Assembly (NCBI GenBank): GCA_973851085.1
Contig: OZ316776.1
Coordinates: forward strand, 11,160,001 to 11,224,000
Reading direction: 5' to 3'
DNA: 64,000 bases
Source of the DNA: Ptychomitrium polyphyllum
Taxonomy: Eukaryota
The notes under the pieces are model-generated. The model was not told the DNA's origin. It saw nothing but the letters and a program-made list of their open reading frames with translations, and ran no database searches. The translations under genes were made by a program, and so were the position numbers. Position 1 is the stretch's first letter; each line of letters opens with the position of its first letter. This document shows positions 12,601 to 26,297 of this stretch, in pieces.

Positions 12601-14444
12601 TTGGGACGAGACGGATAGGCGAACCTCACATTCCGAAGCTCCAGAGTGCCGGTTACCTTCTCCTTTGTCTGCCCGGTCGTGTTTTCTGAGTCGATCTTAG
12701 GAACACGGTCGATCATTGTGAACATCTTGTGGGCTGCCATCTGCGCCTCCGCAATGTACCGCAAGTTGGGCAAAGCCGTCCCCAAACCCCTGTTGCGAAG
12801 GCCATGGTTAGATCAAAAAGTCCCGAAACACAGAGTACGAGACAGCGAAGTCAACCGGTTCCATGAAAAAGTGAAAATCGATCTTACAATCCTCCCATCA
12901 TTGCTGCAAGTCCGCAAACCAGCACGGTGCCGCCTCCAAGACCTCGCTGCATGATGAGCAAGCTGCCATACCACGCCATGACAGCCCAGAGAACAAATGT
13001 GACGCCATTGGCGCCGGTCGCCAAGCCCTTGGCCAAACCCATCTTCAACCCTGCCTTCACCGTCAAGTCCAATGCCTTGGAGTACGCCGTCAGCGTCCGC
13101 TGCTCTCCCACAAACGAGTACACAGTGCGAATCGACGACAGGCTTTCCTCCGCCACGGAGCTCGCTTGGTTGGTCGCTGTGTGCATTGCCCGCGCCAGCC
13201 CAATGAGGGCGCGCCCATACAAAAGCCCGGGGATCATAAGCACCGGCAGAAACGCCACCAGCACCATGGCTAACCTCCATTCAAGGATGAACGCCACAGC
13301 GAAGCCGCTCACAAAGCTTGATGTGTTCATCACAAAGTTGCCAATCTAACAACATTCGGAAGAAGCGTGTGAGCAAACGTGACAACAAAAGAAAAGTTGG
13401 GAAAGTGTTGTCAAAGAGTGTGAAGCTGTAACCTTCTCGCCGATTGCGTCTTGAACCACCAGGGTGTCGGTCCCCACGCTGTTGACAACTTCCGCGACGT
13501 TGGCACCGGCGGTGTCAAAGAATCCAACGTCCTGCCTCAAGGTGGCTTTGAGATACTTGGCGCGCATCTTGGATGCCTGGCGATCAGCTGTCCTCAGCGC
13601 ACACGCAGCCTCTGCAAACAAGTAGAAATTGGAAATTGTGTCACATGGTTTTGTATCCAGTTTGTGCACACATCACCATGACATGGCATGGGGGTGGAAA
13701 GGACGCACCCAAGAAACTGCAAACAAATGCGCCGACAGCGATGTAAGTGAGCGCCAAAGTTCCCTGCAATGAATAATTCAAGGATCGTCAAAAAAACCTC
13801 CAACCGACAAGCTAGAATAAGAAAATCGTTTTCCCACAGATTCTCAGCTCCAAAGACAACGCTTTTAACTGCACTGAGGTGGTTCCATTTCAAAGCTGCT
13901 TGGAAGACCTTGCGAATTCGAAACCACTGTCGCGGATGGGAAAAACCATGGGTAAACAATACGCAATGCAGCCTCGGAAGACTGCAGGAATAGCAGAATC
14001 AGCACAAGTAGCGACAGGAGTAGCACTTGCTTGGATGACTTTGTGGTCGAATTCCGCCTTGCTAGTGCCATTGGCGTGGTAGCCGAAGGAGTTGATAAGG
14101 CTGCCCAGGATAGCAAGCATAACGGCGAACGAGGATCCATCGCCCACAGCTCCGAAGAATGCCAGCGCCATCAACAGGTAGTCATACGCGTCTGCGAATT
14201 TAAACAAAGCAAAAAACGACACTCTAGGAGCAACGGATTTTTTCTTCTCATCCGCCTCCGAGGCTTCTCCCACCGCGACCGCTTCTTCTGCATCGTTAAC
14301 AAATTTCCCCGGTGGCAGCGCTTGCACGGGGTCGACAGGGGTTGGATTCGTCTCACCGTTCCTTCCTTCCATACTTTCCAGATCTGGTTCCCGTCCTGCG
14401 CTCCCATTCCTCCCCTCTGCTGGCTCCACAACGGCGCCCGACAT
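9687..14444 (-). CDS. ABCB: Full-length ABC transporter B family (MDR/P-glycoprotein; ABCB15-like clade)
   Basis: Exons 14444-14031, 13763-13709, 13611-13433, 13345-12888, 12789-12560, 12463-11746 and 11547-9687 give TMD-NBD-TMD-NBD. Walker [10 protein letters not shown] and GQSGSGKST. Signatures: MSGGQKQR and LSGGQKQR. Walker [12 protein letters not shown] x2. Intron 1 apparently uses a GC donor. Confidence 0.95.
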
Positions 14445-17400
14445 GACCACGGATTTCACAAAACCTTGTCGACGCGATTCTGTCGATACTCTCCCGCCTA
14501 AATGCAGTCGACTTGATTCCCACCCTCACTCACTCACTCACACACCCACCAATCAACCAAAACCACTCTCACTCTCCAGCAACCTCACCAAAAAAACAAA
14601 CAACGTCCTCGAACACTAATCGAACATTGACAGAAAGCTAAAAGTACCCCTCACAGACGCACTATCCTGATCACGGGGGACCACCAACACCCATCTCCTT
14701 ACATCACTTCCATTTCCACCGCCTCTAATACACCACCCCGACTAAAATCCTTGCAGCTCTGAGCTAGCTAAGTTGATTATTATTCCACCTGCACGCGAAG
14801 CGCGAAAAGCTCCTGTTCAAAGAGAAAAATAATCCACCAAGCATGATATGTGATATGTGTGCGGCACACAATCCCTCCCTGGAAAGCCAGAAAAGGGCTC
14901 CTTTTCGCAATGGAGACGAGTTGCTCCGTGCAACGCAAAAGCTAGTTACAATGTCACGATGGTGGCTGATGTCTGAGCGGAAACGCAGAATCCCTTGTCT
15001 AGGCTCCACCCCGTCAACCCCTCAATGGAACGTCGGTTATAAAAAACTAAGACAGTAGGTGTCCAGATGAGTAGAGTACAGTATGATATTGCTGGATCCA
15101 CAGGCATCTCTGTGTTGTGCATATCAGAGTTCGAGACGGCGCTAGTGCTGGATATTGAGAAAAAAAAGCTATTTGCGAGCTCCTTGAGTACTTCACACTC
15201 GTGATGAGTCCTCGGCAGATCCAGGCGACTAAAGAGACATAATTCAATAAAATCTATAGAAGTCAGAGATATAAACTTCCGCTATTGGTAGATGATGTCC
15301 GTCAGCTGCGCAAAAGAGGCTGTTTGGGTAGGTCCAAGAGACCAAGGGACCTAACCTGTCTGGGTCAGTGCAAGTGACAGGACACAATCTATAGTTCCTG
15401 TAGAGTATAGCCTCGAGCGTAGCCTCAGGTAGATAATGTTCAGCTCTACGTGGTGGATGCTTGAGTCAGTCCAGGAGAGTCAAGGTTGTATAGAGTGGCA
15501 CGGTAATCTCAATGTTTGGGCTCGAATGTAAGGACTTGGTAGATGATGTCTGTTTCAGATGCAGTGCCGAATTTGGGTGCACGATAAGGAGAGTAGGAAT
15601 CTAGTAGAGTAGAGAATACTGGGCAAGAATAGGCGTGGGTGTGCTTTTGGAAGCGCGAATTCCGGAGGGGATACTCGTATGCCACTATTTCATGATTATA
15701 CTCCTGGTCGCCACCGGGATTCACTAATTTCACCTGTTTTGCTTTTAGAACGAATCTATTTGTAGCCCCTCCTTGTGCTAAATTTGCAGTGGGCTGTTGG
15801 ATCCCCAGACATTGCCCTTTTTATTTGTCTGTTCTGTGCCCCTTTTCTTCCCTGCTCGCTGCTGTTCACATGAGGAGGTGTACTCTGATTCTTCATTCTA
15901 ATCAGTGAATGTATAGGTAAATGAAGTCAGAGAATCCCTTCGTACTGAGATTTAGGGCGTGCTTAGGGCGTGGTTACACTTGAGGCCTTTACCCTAAACA
16001 CAAGCGGTATACTGCTTAAAGGGTGAAACCGTTTGTATGTAAGGTACTTTCTACCAAGTAAGAAAATTTGTAAATGGTTTGTAGTCCAAAGTTTAGGTAC
16101 AAATCCAAATATAAGGGTTCTTGTTTGTAGTAAAAAAAATGATTATATAAATACTAATACAAATACAAATACTAAAAATAGTCACATTGATTTTTGAACT
16201 TAAGTATTTTTTTTGTGATTATTCTTGCCAAATGCAAAGCTTACACTTTTCACTAATCTCAATCAAAGGCTTATAAATAGTATAAATCTGAAGATGATAA
16301 CTAAATTTTAAAATTATACTATATAATAATATTTTTGGAAAGAAGCAATCTTTTCTTTACAATTCTTTATTTTGTTGAGCCTAACTTCCTTACTCATGCT
16401 TCTCCATGGTTGTTATATCTATATTTGGAAATGATAGGCTAGAGCTTGTCAAAGAAGTTTTTAATTTTTATACTATTTAACAATGTTGAAGTAATATTAT
16501 AGTGATGCATGCAATTTTTTCTTTTAATTGTGAGTGCCAACAACAAGAGCATATGTTTTTGTTTTTATTTGGAATTGTGAAGCTCAAAATGCACATTTGA
16601 AAAGGCAATTAAACACTGTGGATTTCCATCTTCTATGTGTGATTGTGGTTATTGCTCATTGTAAAAGACACCAATATAGACTACAATAAATAGTAGAAAC
16701 TTACTTTTGTAAGAAAAATTATGTAGAAAAAAGCAACAACGGTTTTCATGTATTTTTCATATAAACACAATTATTAGTTTATTAGAAGTTTTATTGGTAG
16801 TTTATTGGATATCAATGCAATATTACCCCAATGATATGTATCCTTCAATATTGTCTTAAGTGACCTTTAAAGAGTAAACTACAATATTGACTCCATAATA
16901 GCTCTTTAATTTTGAATATCTTAAAGATTTAGAGATTTGTGAAAGTTCCTCAAATATAAACCACCGTTAGCCTTTTGGCCAGCTTTGTGTCAACTTATGC
17001 TTGACCACCTCATCTTTCCATCCACTACATCAGCAAAGTGGTCATCCAATTTCTTCCCACTGTTTCCAGTGCGAATTGCAATATTTTGTAACACGCATGC
17101 CAGCTCGCCCTACAGATTTGTTTATCCTGTTGCAAACATGTTCTTAGCCTCCGTTGATAGAGAGAACCATTTGTTTTTCTCTGCTTGAATTGGGAATGTG
17201 AGGTTCTTTATTGTTAACGTTCAGCCACTGCAGAAAGTTTTTCTACCTGATCTCCAACATGTGGTGACCATGGCTGCAAACAACCAGGTTCTAATCATTT
17301 TGAGCTTGGTATAATTGCTTTTTGAGTGCTGCTATATATATTTTGTGAGTGCGATAACAATACGCAACAGCCTGAAGACACCTTGCACACATATTCTAGT

Positions 17401-20400
17401 ACAGTGTTACCTGTTATGCTTCTTTTTAGGACTTTTCCACACCTTTTCCTATGGCCCTTGAGAGAAGAGATTTCTCCCATTTAAAAAAAAGTTGGCAATA
17501 CAATTGTTAAGAAGATTGAGTTCCTTTATAAGATTTTACACATTGTCAAGGCGCTTGTTGGTGGTGCAAATTTAAAATGAATGAAATAATGAGATGTCTG
17601 CTTATATAGTGGAGATTATTTTGGAAAAGTCTTCTCTTGTTGACCATTTTAAAAATACTCTTTGAATGTTTTTTGTTGCATGCACTAAAGATAAATTTCT
17701 TTTGAAGGAAATAAGGTATTTTTCAAACCTCAATCCATCCATCAAACAATAACCAATTACATCATTTGTCAATCAAATTATTACTATTTCCATCGTGCAA
17801 GATTTTTAATGTAATTTTCATCACCAAAAAGTGAAATGAATTTGTTAAGGGTAATTCAAAGTAGACAAGCCCATTAGAACTTTGCCACCTCAATTATACA
17901 AAATTTATTAAATAAGAAAATTATTGATGTTCCAAATATTGCAATTTCTATGTTTTTATTTTCACATGTGTATAATATTTTTTTCTTTTTCATTTTTTTC
18001 TTTTCAATTTGAAGGTTAGAAATTTTAAATTAATTTGTATTAAATATCTACTATTTTTAAAGATTTTATAATTGTATAGAAAATTTTGATTTGCCATACT
18101 TTACATCTTTTCTTTTGGAACATATTTCATTGGAATTTTGGAAACTAATGTTATAATATATTTAAATTTGATTGAATCCATCCAATCTTCTAGGATCAGA
18201 CCAAATATATAAACCATAACTAACAAAATTGAAATATTTCTCCATTTTAGGCATAACGTAGCAAAGGTAGCAACTTGAAGGTCTTTCATCATTATAAAAC
18301 TACAACTACCACGTGATTAAAAAATTTATGCATAGTATTTGCAAATTTTGAAAGTTAAAATTTAAACATGATCTCATTGTATTAAAGATTTTGTAAGCTT
18401 TGATTTGGTATCAAATTCAAGACTTAAAGTTGCATATTGTATTAACAACCACTAATTGAAGAATGACAAATTTTCAAGTTCTCACAATGTACAAATTATT
18501 TGGATGCAAAAGATGAATATGAACTCTTTGGAATCCTTCTAATATAATATAATGCAAAGTGGTCATATACTCAATTTAATAAAGCAATGTATAAGATATT
18601 AGGGGTAAGTTTTTTTTTTTTTACATGCTTGAATTTTGCAAGTTTTGGAATGCATTGCTATAAGATGAACTTGAAAGGTGCCTAAGGACATTTATGTAGT
18701 GTAGTGCAAAATATAGTTCAAACAAACCAAAATTATTCTTTTTATATTCATCTTCCCTGGCTTGCAAATGAAGTTCCATTTTTGTAAGTTCCTTTCATCA
18801 CTCTTTCATATTATGAGTGTTCACAAGAGTTGCAAGTACCAACAAACGTCCATTAGATTATGTCCAATGAACTTTACGAAAAGAGAAGAAAAAATGTAGG
18901 TCCTTTTATGAGGCCTTCATGCATTCGAAGTTTGTTGGAAATTCAATACGGTGGCTTTTACCTTATACAATCAATTTCCGATGAGTAGAGTAGAATCTCT
19001 CCACCAACAAACTTGTGCTATGCCAACAAACCTTTAAAATGAGTGACAGCCACATGGAAGGATCTATGTTTTTTTTCCTCCTCATGGTTCCAATTTCAAG
19101 AGAAGATTCTCCATATTTCCAATTGGATTGGATGTATGCACGTGGGCTGATTCCCATAACCCATGCTGTAGGTCCATGGACAATCTTTGAGGCTTACCAA
19201 TTCATATTTGATTGAAAAAGCTAATCTCAAGAAACCATGTAATGGAGAATCCGCTTCTAGATTGAAATCATGCTAAGCAGTAAAAATCTAGAGAAATGTT
19301 TTAAAAAACCCCTAGATCCCTCACAACTTAGCTGTTTCTTCTAACTGTCCTCCAAATTTACATTACCCAAGTTCAGTGAGCAATTCAGTGGTTTCCAAAG
19401 GCGTCATGAACGCAGGCGGGGTGACTTGATAGAGCAAGATATACGGAAACCGGTAGTCTGAATATTTCACTTTCATTCCTTGATTTCTTGGCAGTTACCC
19501 CAACAGTCCAAAGGCCAAGATATATAGTAAAATTATTGACCGAAGCTGAACTTGCATTCCTTGGCAGTGACTCCATAGGCCAAGATGTGAAGTGCACTGA
19601 TTGACTGAAGGCGTGACTCGCCATTCCTCAGCACTGGCGTAGACTCAAACCCGGTGCACTTACCTTGGGCTGACCTGCACAGTGCTCTATATGATTCTGC
19701 AGGCAGTGCCATCCAGTGCCGATCAGAGCCTCAGAATGATTTTCACATGTTGCAATTTCAACAGTGTTCCTTTGGTCTTCTAATACTTGTTCTTGTTTTC
19801 TTCCAATGGAGATGAAGAAGCTTTGATGTTTTTATGTTTGAAATTGTTTGGTTGGATGACTCTCCACCATGATGAAGAGTATTATAATAGTATTTTACTT
19901 CTATCAAGTGCTAGATTTTGACAAACTTTGTGTACAATAGAAAATATGATCCAAATGTACCAACATAGCTAAAGAATGTCTTCTTGTATACGAAATAGTT
20001 CTGATTTTTAAATAAGTGAATGAATAATATTTAGTTTCTAAATTTTCATCTTGTATTTACACTCAGTTTCTTTTCCAATGATGGAAAAAAATCCACTACA
20101 ACAAATGGAACGTGATGTCCTTAAGAACTGAAGATATTCACTTTCATTTTGAGAAATAGGATTTTCTTCAGAAAAAACAAAACAACCACTAGTAAGAGCT
20201 TTTGACAAAAAATGCATGAAGGAATGTTTACTCAATGTTCAAGCTCCTTCGATTTTTAATAAAACAAGGTTTTGACATTGGAATGATACCTTTAAACAAT
20301 GAAATGGTTGCTTTGGAGAGAAAACGTTTACAGGGTCCCTAAAGACAGTTACAAATACAAATCAACTCAATTCAAGAGGAGTAAAATGACAAAGCCGTTC

Positions 20401-23400
20401 CTACTTCTCAATTTTTTTTGTGATACAAGTAACAACTTAAACTCCAGGAGTCGACAATTTGAACATACACTAACAAACGTTGATGTAGTCATGGTTGGAG
20501 TGAAATGCAGGTACAAGCAAAGTGCAACCACTAAACGTAAAAGCAGCCGAAGGCCTGCCGTGGGAGCCTCGGGCTCTCGGTGGAGCAGTGTGCACTGATG
20601 ATCAGATGCTGTCAGGACAACGCTCGGAAATAGCCCTCTGACATATTCTGAGCTAAAGTATGCGGACCGGGGCGCCTAGAATCCAGAGTTCCAAACAGCC
20701 GAGGCCCTCTGGCCACGAGGTTTCTCTCCCAATCCAGCAAATCACACCATCTGCAGCTCGTACTTCTAGAAGGGCTCCTGCCTCCATGCTCCATCCCAGC
20801 TTGCCTCCACTTGCTTCTCTAGTGGCACCTTCGGTGCCACTATATCCGCAGCTGACGTCTCATTCTACTCGTCATCCTCACACATCATACATCACACCAG
20901 ATCATGAGCGCCTTGTGCCCGGGCTGTTCTAATTTTATTTTCCCTTTTGTTCTTTCCAGTGCACTTTTCCTTAGAAAAGCATCGACAACGAGAGTCTGTT
21001 TCACCAGTTATAACTACAGGATGAATTATTAGTGCGGAATATTGTACCAATCTTCATACTTGGAAACACTATTTGCAGTAGAGAGACAATAGTGCGAAAA
21101 TATGATAATAAAATTGTTTTTATGATAACCGTTTCTATTAGAATGAAAACTATCTTAGTTTTCAAAAAGTATGCTATAAAGATATTTCATCGTATTGTAT
21201 GTGCAGTAATTTGAATATTGAAATGTTAGTGGAGGTTACAATATACCTACATTATCACAATTGTTGCAGCACGGCAGTTTGCTCTCTTAACAAAACTATT
21301 GTGACTTATAATAATGACAATAATCTATGTGACTGTAATAAAATATAACAGAATTCATTTATTCTCTTGGTTTTTTTTTTTTCTTCCATAGAACTTAGCA
21401 GTAAATGTAGTCACAACTACTCACCTTCATCTTTAACAGTGTGAAATAGACTTTAATTAGCATTGAACTTTTATTACACTAAACTGCTACTTCACTTGTT
21501 CCACTGGAATAGGTACCCTTTGATGTGTTTTGTTAAATTACTTTTAAGCTAAGTATATATTCATTTATAGAAAAATTGATCATACAAAATAAAATAAATA
21601 TGTTGCAATTCATAAAGACACTTCTCTATGATTTACAAAGAGGCTTTTTTATGCTATGTCATAACATTTTTGATCCTATGATAATATTTCTCTACCTTAT
21701 CAAAATTAAAATGAATATTTAAATTGAATTAATGAGAAAATTAATGGCATTAAGAAAAAAAACAATACTTCTACCTCCAAAAGAAGCTGGTATGAATAGA
21801 AAGTTTATTAATTCCATTCATAAACTTATTATAGACAATCTAATATAGTTGTATATAATTTTTAAATTTTTTTTTAAATAGACAATTTTTACCAATAACA
21901 ATTACATCCTTATTAATAAGAAACCTAACAATTAAAGATTAGTTTTACTTTTTATTTATACAAAATTGTTTGAATTCAAGTGGTGGTTATGTCATGATGA
22001 ATTCTATAGTTAATTAGATGTAAGCATGTTGATCATATAGTTGATTTGAATTCCATTCCTAATGGATGAATATAAGTGGTTGTAAATATGTAGTGGCTTA
22101 GATTGGCACTTGTTATGTCAATGTTTATTTGCTTGTTAGTCATCTACTCATAATCAAATCCATATTTAATTAGAAAAGTTCAAATTTACCAAATATCTTA
22201 GTATGTTTTTTAAAGTATGCTTGTTCTTAAATTATTAAATCGCTATAATTGAACATTGCATGTTCTTATTATATAAACTTTTGTTGTAGTATTGTATTTT
22301 TTTTGCAATGAATCAAAACACCCTTGTCTTAAAGCATCTTCTTTTTATTAAATCCATGTATCTTTATAATGAGCATAGTTTATTACAAAGCTTGATTGAT
22401 ACAAGGATGCTATTCAATAATGTTATGTTTGTCTTAAATTAAAGCAATTTTTTAAAATCAAGTTTTAAAATCAAAGCAATAAATTTTATTGTATTTTATT
22501 ACACTCCATTTGACTTTATTCCACATGTATAATAAATCCAAATATTCCAACCATAGGTAAGATTTGGCAACATTTAATATTAAAAGAAAAAATGGAATAT
22601 TATTCTAGATCAAAACTTCTCGATCTTGCCTCTTTTTATTCATCTCAATTGAAACTTGTAACCTATGCCTCAAATTGCTTAGAAATCAACAATTATCAAA
22701 GTTTTGTCCATTATTTTCCATGATCCATGCATGGAGATTTCTACATTGTTGACCTTGCATGATTAACATGTGCGTTCATTGTAACTAATATGCCCTATGT
22801 TGTCGGTTCAATCATAGTGATGGCTTTGCAATACAAACTAGTAAAAAACCTCTTATTCTTTTTTTATACTTTTTTTTTCATGTGATCATTTTTTCACTAT
22901 TTAATACGAGATAAAGTTCAAATTTTGAAGCGAAAGTACTTTGAGATTAAAATACCAATACTTTCAAAATTTGTGAAACACCAATATGCTCCTCCTCTTA
23001 TTCAGAGCTTTCTGATGATACCCAAAAAAACACCCCAAATGGCCTCATGCTTTGGAAATCTTGTAGGGCGACAATGAGGGCACAAGCTAGAAAGGTTTAC
23101 AGTACACTCTACCAAGAGGCTTCACCGAAGGTTTGAGCACGCAAACACTGCATAGCTTGTGTGAAGGATGTGTCAATGCCAAAGAAATTATTCTACAGGG
23201 CGTTCATAGGAAAATTGGGTGTGGAACAAGGTGCAACTGGTGGTAGAGGTGGTAGGAGTGTTCCAAGTGATCTTAGCTGTGCTTTTAAACCAAATTAACT
23301 TCTTACTAATCTTCTGACCTCTACCGCCACTCCAACCGCCAAGTCTGAATGGACCTTATTGTAACTCCAGAAAATGAGCAGCCAAAGCATCCATGCCTAA

Positions 23401-25254
23401 TGTTCTGAAACCTACCTGTGAATCAAGCACCCAGATGTTGGACGGTAAGTTCTCTGTTACAATATTCTGTACTCAGTGAACACTAATCTCATTGGTAACC
23501 ATGAAGGTCAAATGCTATGTAGTGAAGGTCAGATGCAGTGGAAAACCGGTCAGTGATAAGAAAATGGAGCTTGTCTTGTCGCATAACATTCATCAACACT
23601 TGGAGCACCTCATCCTCATCTTGAAATCTGGAAAATCACTGATGAATGATGGCAAAGAAATGTGGTAGTGAGTACATGAAGTTGTGAGACTTGATACATA
23701 AACCTTCAAGAAAGGCTTTACATACACATTTTTCAAGAAAGAGTTGAAAATTTGAAAATGAATTGATTCCTTTTAGAGAAAGGTGTTTGAAGAATAACTA
23801 AAGAACATTATGAAAAGACAACTTGAACTTTTGATTACATGCTTCTAATAAATAGTAGTATGGTCATTACAAGATTGATGTGCATTGGATTTATTATCAA
23901 CTAATATGGATATAGTTGAAAAGTGTTTTAGTAGAGAGGGACTATGGATGAATCATAAATGATTGAATAAAAGCTAGTTAGATTTTTCTTCACATTAATT
24001 AAGTTCATTAAAAAAATACAATCTATGAAGAATCAATGATATTGATTTCCAATTAAGTGGGAAAATTACGATTTAAATGGAACCAATTTTGTTATACTTC
24101 ATAATTCTACAAACCAAATGAAAACTATTCAAATCATCATTCAAATTATGGTAAAGCCTCCTTCTTCCTTAAAGAAAGTTGTGGGCTTAATAACATGATA
24201 AAGATTTGGATTTCGTTTATAGAACGCTTGTCAAGTTTAATATGTGTATTTTTGTTATAAGAACAATATAAATAATAAAATGGTAACTATATGGATTCAA
24301 GTTTTTTGTCAAAGAAAAATTGGAAGAAATTCATCCTATATAATCACTATATCAATATCAACAAGGCTCCTTATGATTTGAAAGTCTAGTGAAATATATA
24401 TTGCCAAATTTATGGAAAAAAGATCTCCATTACAATGGAAGTATGGCCTCAAATCTTGGGCACCAATGACATTATTACTTAAAATTTGAAGCCATGACTC
24501 CACTGGAATTCCTTATAATTCAACAATTCAAATTTAATTGAACATTCTAAATTTATGAAAACCATGTATGTTTACATCAACCAGTTATTAGACCCCTTAG
24601 AGTAAGGCTCTATCAACGCCAAAAGCCATATGATATTTGCAAACATTTTGTAATTCAAATTTCGCCACTCAAGAAGCATGGAAGCATGGAACTTAGACCA
24701 TATGTTCACTACTTGGCCAAGCTTCACTTGGACAATATGTTCATTCCCTCCAGGCAGAGTAGGAATGTACATTACATCTCGTAATCAAAGCAGTACTCTT
24801 AGGCGAACAAACACTCCAGGTGGGAGATGATTAGATCTGAAGCACAACTTTGCCTTGGAATTCTTCACCTTCGTTGTGTTCTCCTACCTCGGTCTCTCCG
24901 ACTTCCTTGTCTTCCCTTCTATTCTTGTTTCCACCTGAGCCAATATTTTCTGACTGGATCAGATACCAAACATGCAGTCCGTCATGGACAGCCGAAACAG
25001 ATGTCAGTGATGGACGAGAATCATAGACAGGAAATGTAACTTCAACGAAACGACTCACACCTACCTCTATTGCTCAACAATTATCAGATTTGTATTGATA
25101 ACGAGTTCAGCAGTTTATCATGAGATGCATACTTAGTGGATACAAATGCATCATTCACATCAATTATGTAGCTCCGCTGTAATGGCTCCATTGTACCCTT
25201 ACCGCCATTTCAGTCGACAAGCTCTTCCAGTTCGAGGCAGTGTGCAGTACTCAC

Positions 25255-25860
25255 CAAAGATTCTCTAGCCCAAGAGTGGCAATTGATCTCGAGCGGACTC
25301 TCACTTTCCACAATCGTCAACACTAAACCCTGTTACGCAATCCCACAAACCTCATAACCGCTGCACAAAAACTCTGAGAAGATGCAAAAAATCGATGCAC
25401 AGTGGACTCGTATGAGGGCGCAACAACCCACCTTGATCTCACCAATCGCATACTCTTTCCGACAGGCGGGAACTCAGACACATCTCTCCGACCAACTTGG
25501 AAAATTGGAGCAGAATGCAAGGTCAGCAGAGACGCAGACGAAGCTTGTGAAGCACTGTACTTACAAATCTGTTCCCATGAGCTATCAGCACAAAAAGTAA
25601 AATCCTAAGAACCATCAGATCAAGTGCTTAGTGGAACGATACGATTGAGTTGGGTGTCAAGTACCAAACTCACGCCGCCTCATCATATGATCATTTGTAT
25701 CAGATGCTATTATTCAGAATAGTTAAAGTGGCGATGTTGGAATTGGCGGCAGCGGCATTTCCTCTCTAGTTTTGGTGCCAATATTCTAGAGTTTAGATCC
25801 TGATTCTTTTAAGTTGCAATCCCTCATTCTTGTATAATAATGTTTCCATTTAGAAGTGAA
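25255..25860 (-). pseudogene. Decayed pentatricopeptide-repeat (PPR) gene fragment with retained introns
   Basis: Splicing out 25673-25605 (GTGAGT...CTTAG) gives a 35-aa unit NIATLTILNNSI*YK*SYDEAAILLFVLIAHGNRF. It matches the PPR consensus at N1, T4, L8, E20, A21, L24 and G32, with TGA at the usual Cys13 and Gly16 positions. Further PPR-like scraps (ACRKEYAIGEIK, CGK*ESA) and donors GTAAGT (25564) and GTGAGT (~25254) follow. Confidence 0.45.
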
Positions 25861-26297
25861 GAGGTCGATTGTAACATGTAAACTTTGAGGCGTATGGTAG
25901 GAAGGAGTCAACTCCAACTGGCGATTAACGTATGTTCTTGAGAATTTAGTACAGCAACTAACCAAAGAAAGAGGTGCACTAGAGTGGTCTTGAGATGGAC
26001 ATGGTTGGCAAAGATTGCTGTAATAAGAATCGCATAATACATGGATAGTGCCTCATTGATTGAAGTACAGTCGCTGCTCAGTTAACGCCCAATTCGAATG
26101 AATAGGGCCTTCTCAAAAGCTGGGAGAACTCTTTTGATCCAACAAAGTCCTCCAAAAGCTGCAGCAGCACAACAAATTTGTATTTCCTAACCTGGACTGG
26201 AGAACCTACATCTTAAGAGAGAACAAATCCTGAACTACGATTACTGCCAAGGAATCCAATGTAAATATATTATAAAGACTACCTTGTATTTCATATT

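Noticed and set aside
9666..14501. Many long antisense and alternate-frame ORFs over ABCB (e.g. 10326-11225, 299 aa)
   Set aside because: Shadow ORFs caused by GC-rich codon usage on the real strand.
16985..17480. Moderately GC-rich ORF scraps
   Set aside because: Multiple stops and no recognisable motif.
20595..20655. TGATGA...CTGA arrangement on the plus strand
   Set aside because: No rRNA or snRNA complementarity recognised and only a weak terminal stem.
20730..20820. Minus-frame WSMEAGALLEVRAADGVICWI, resembling the MCM EAGALVLAD motif
   Set aside because: No following DEFDK and no other MCM motifs; probably chance.
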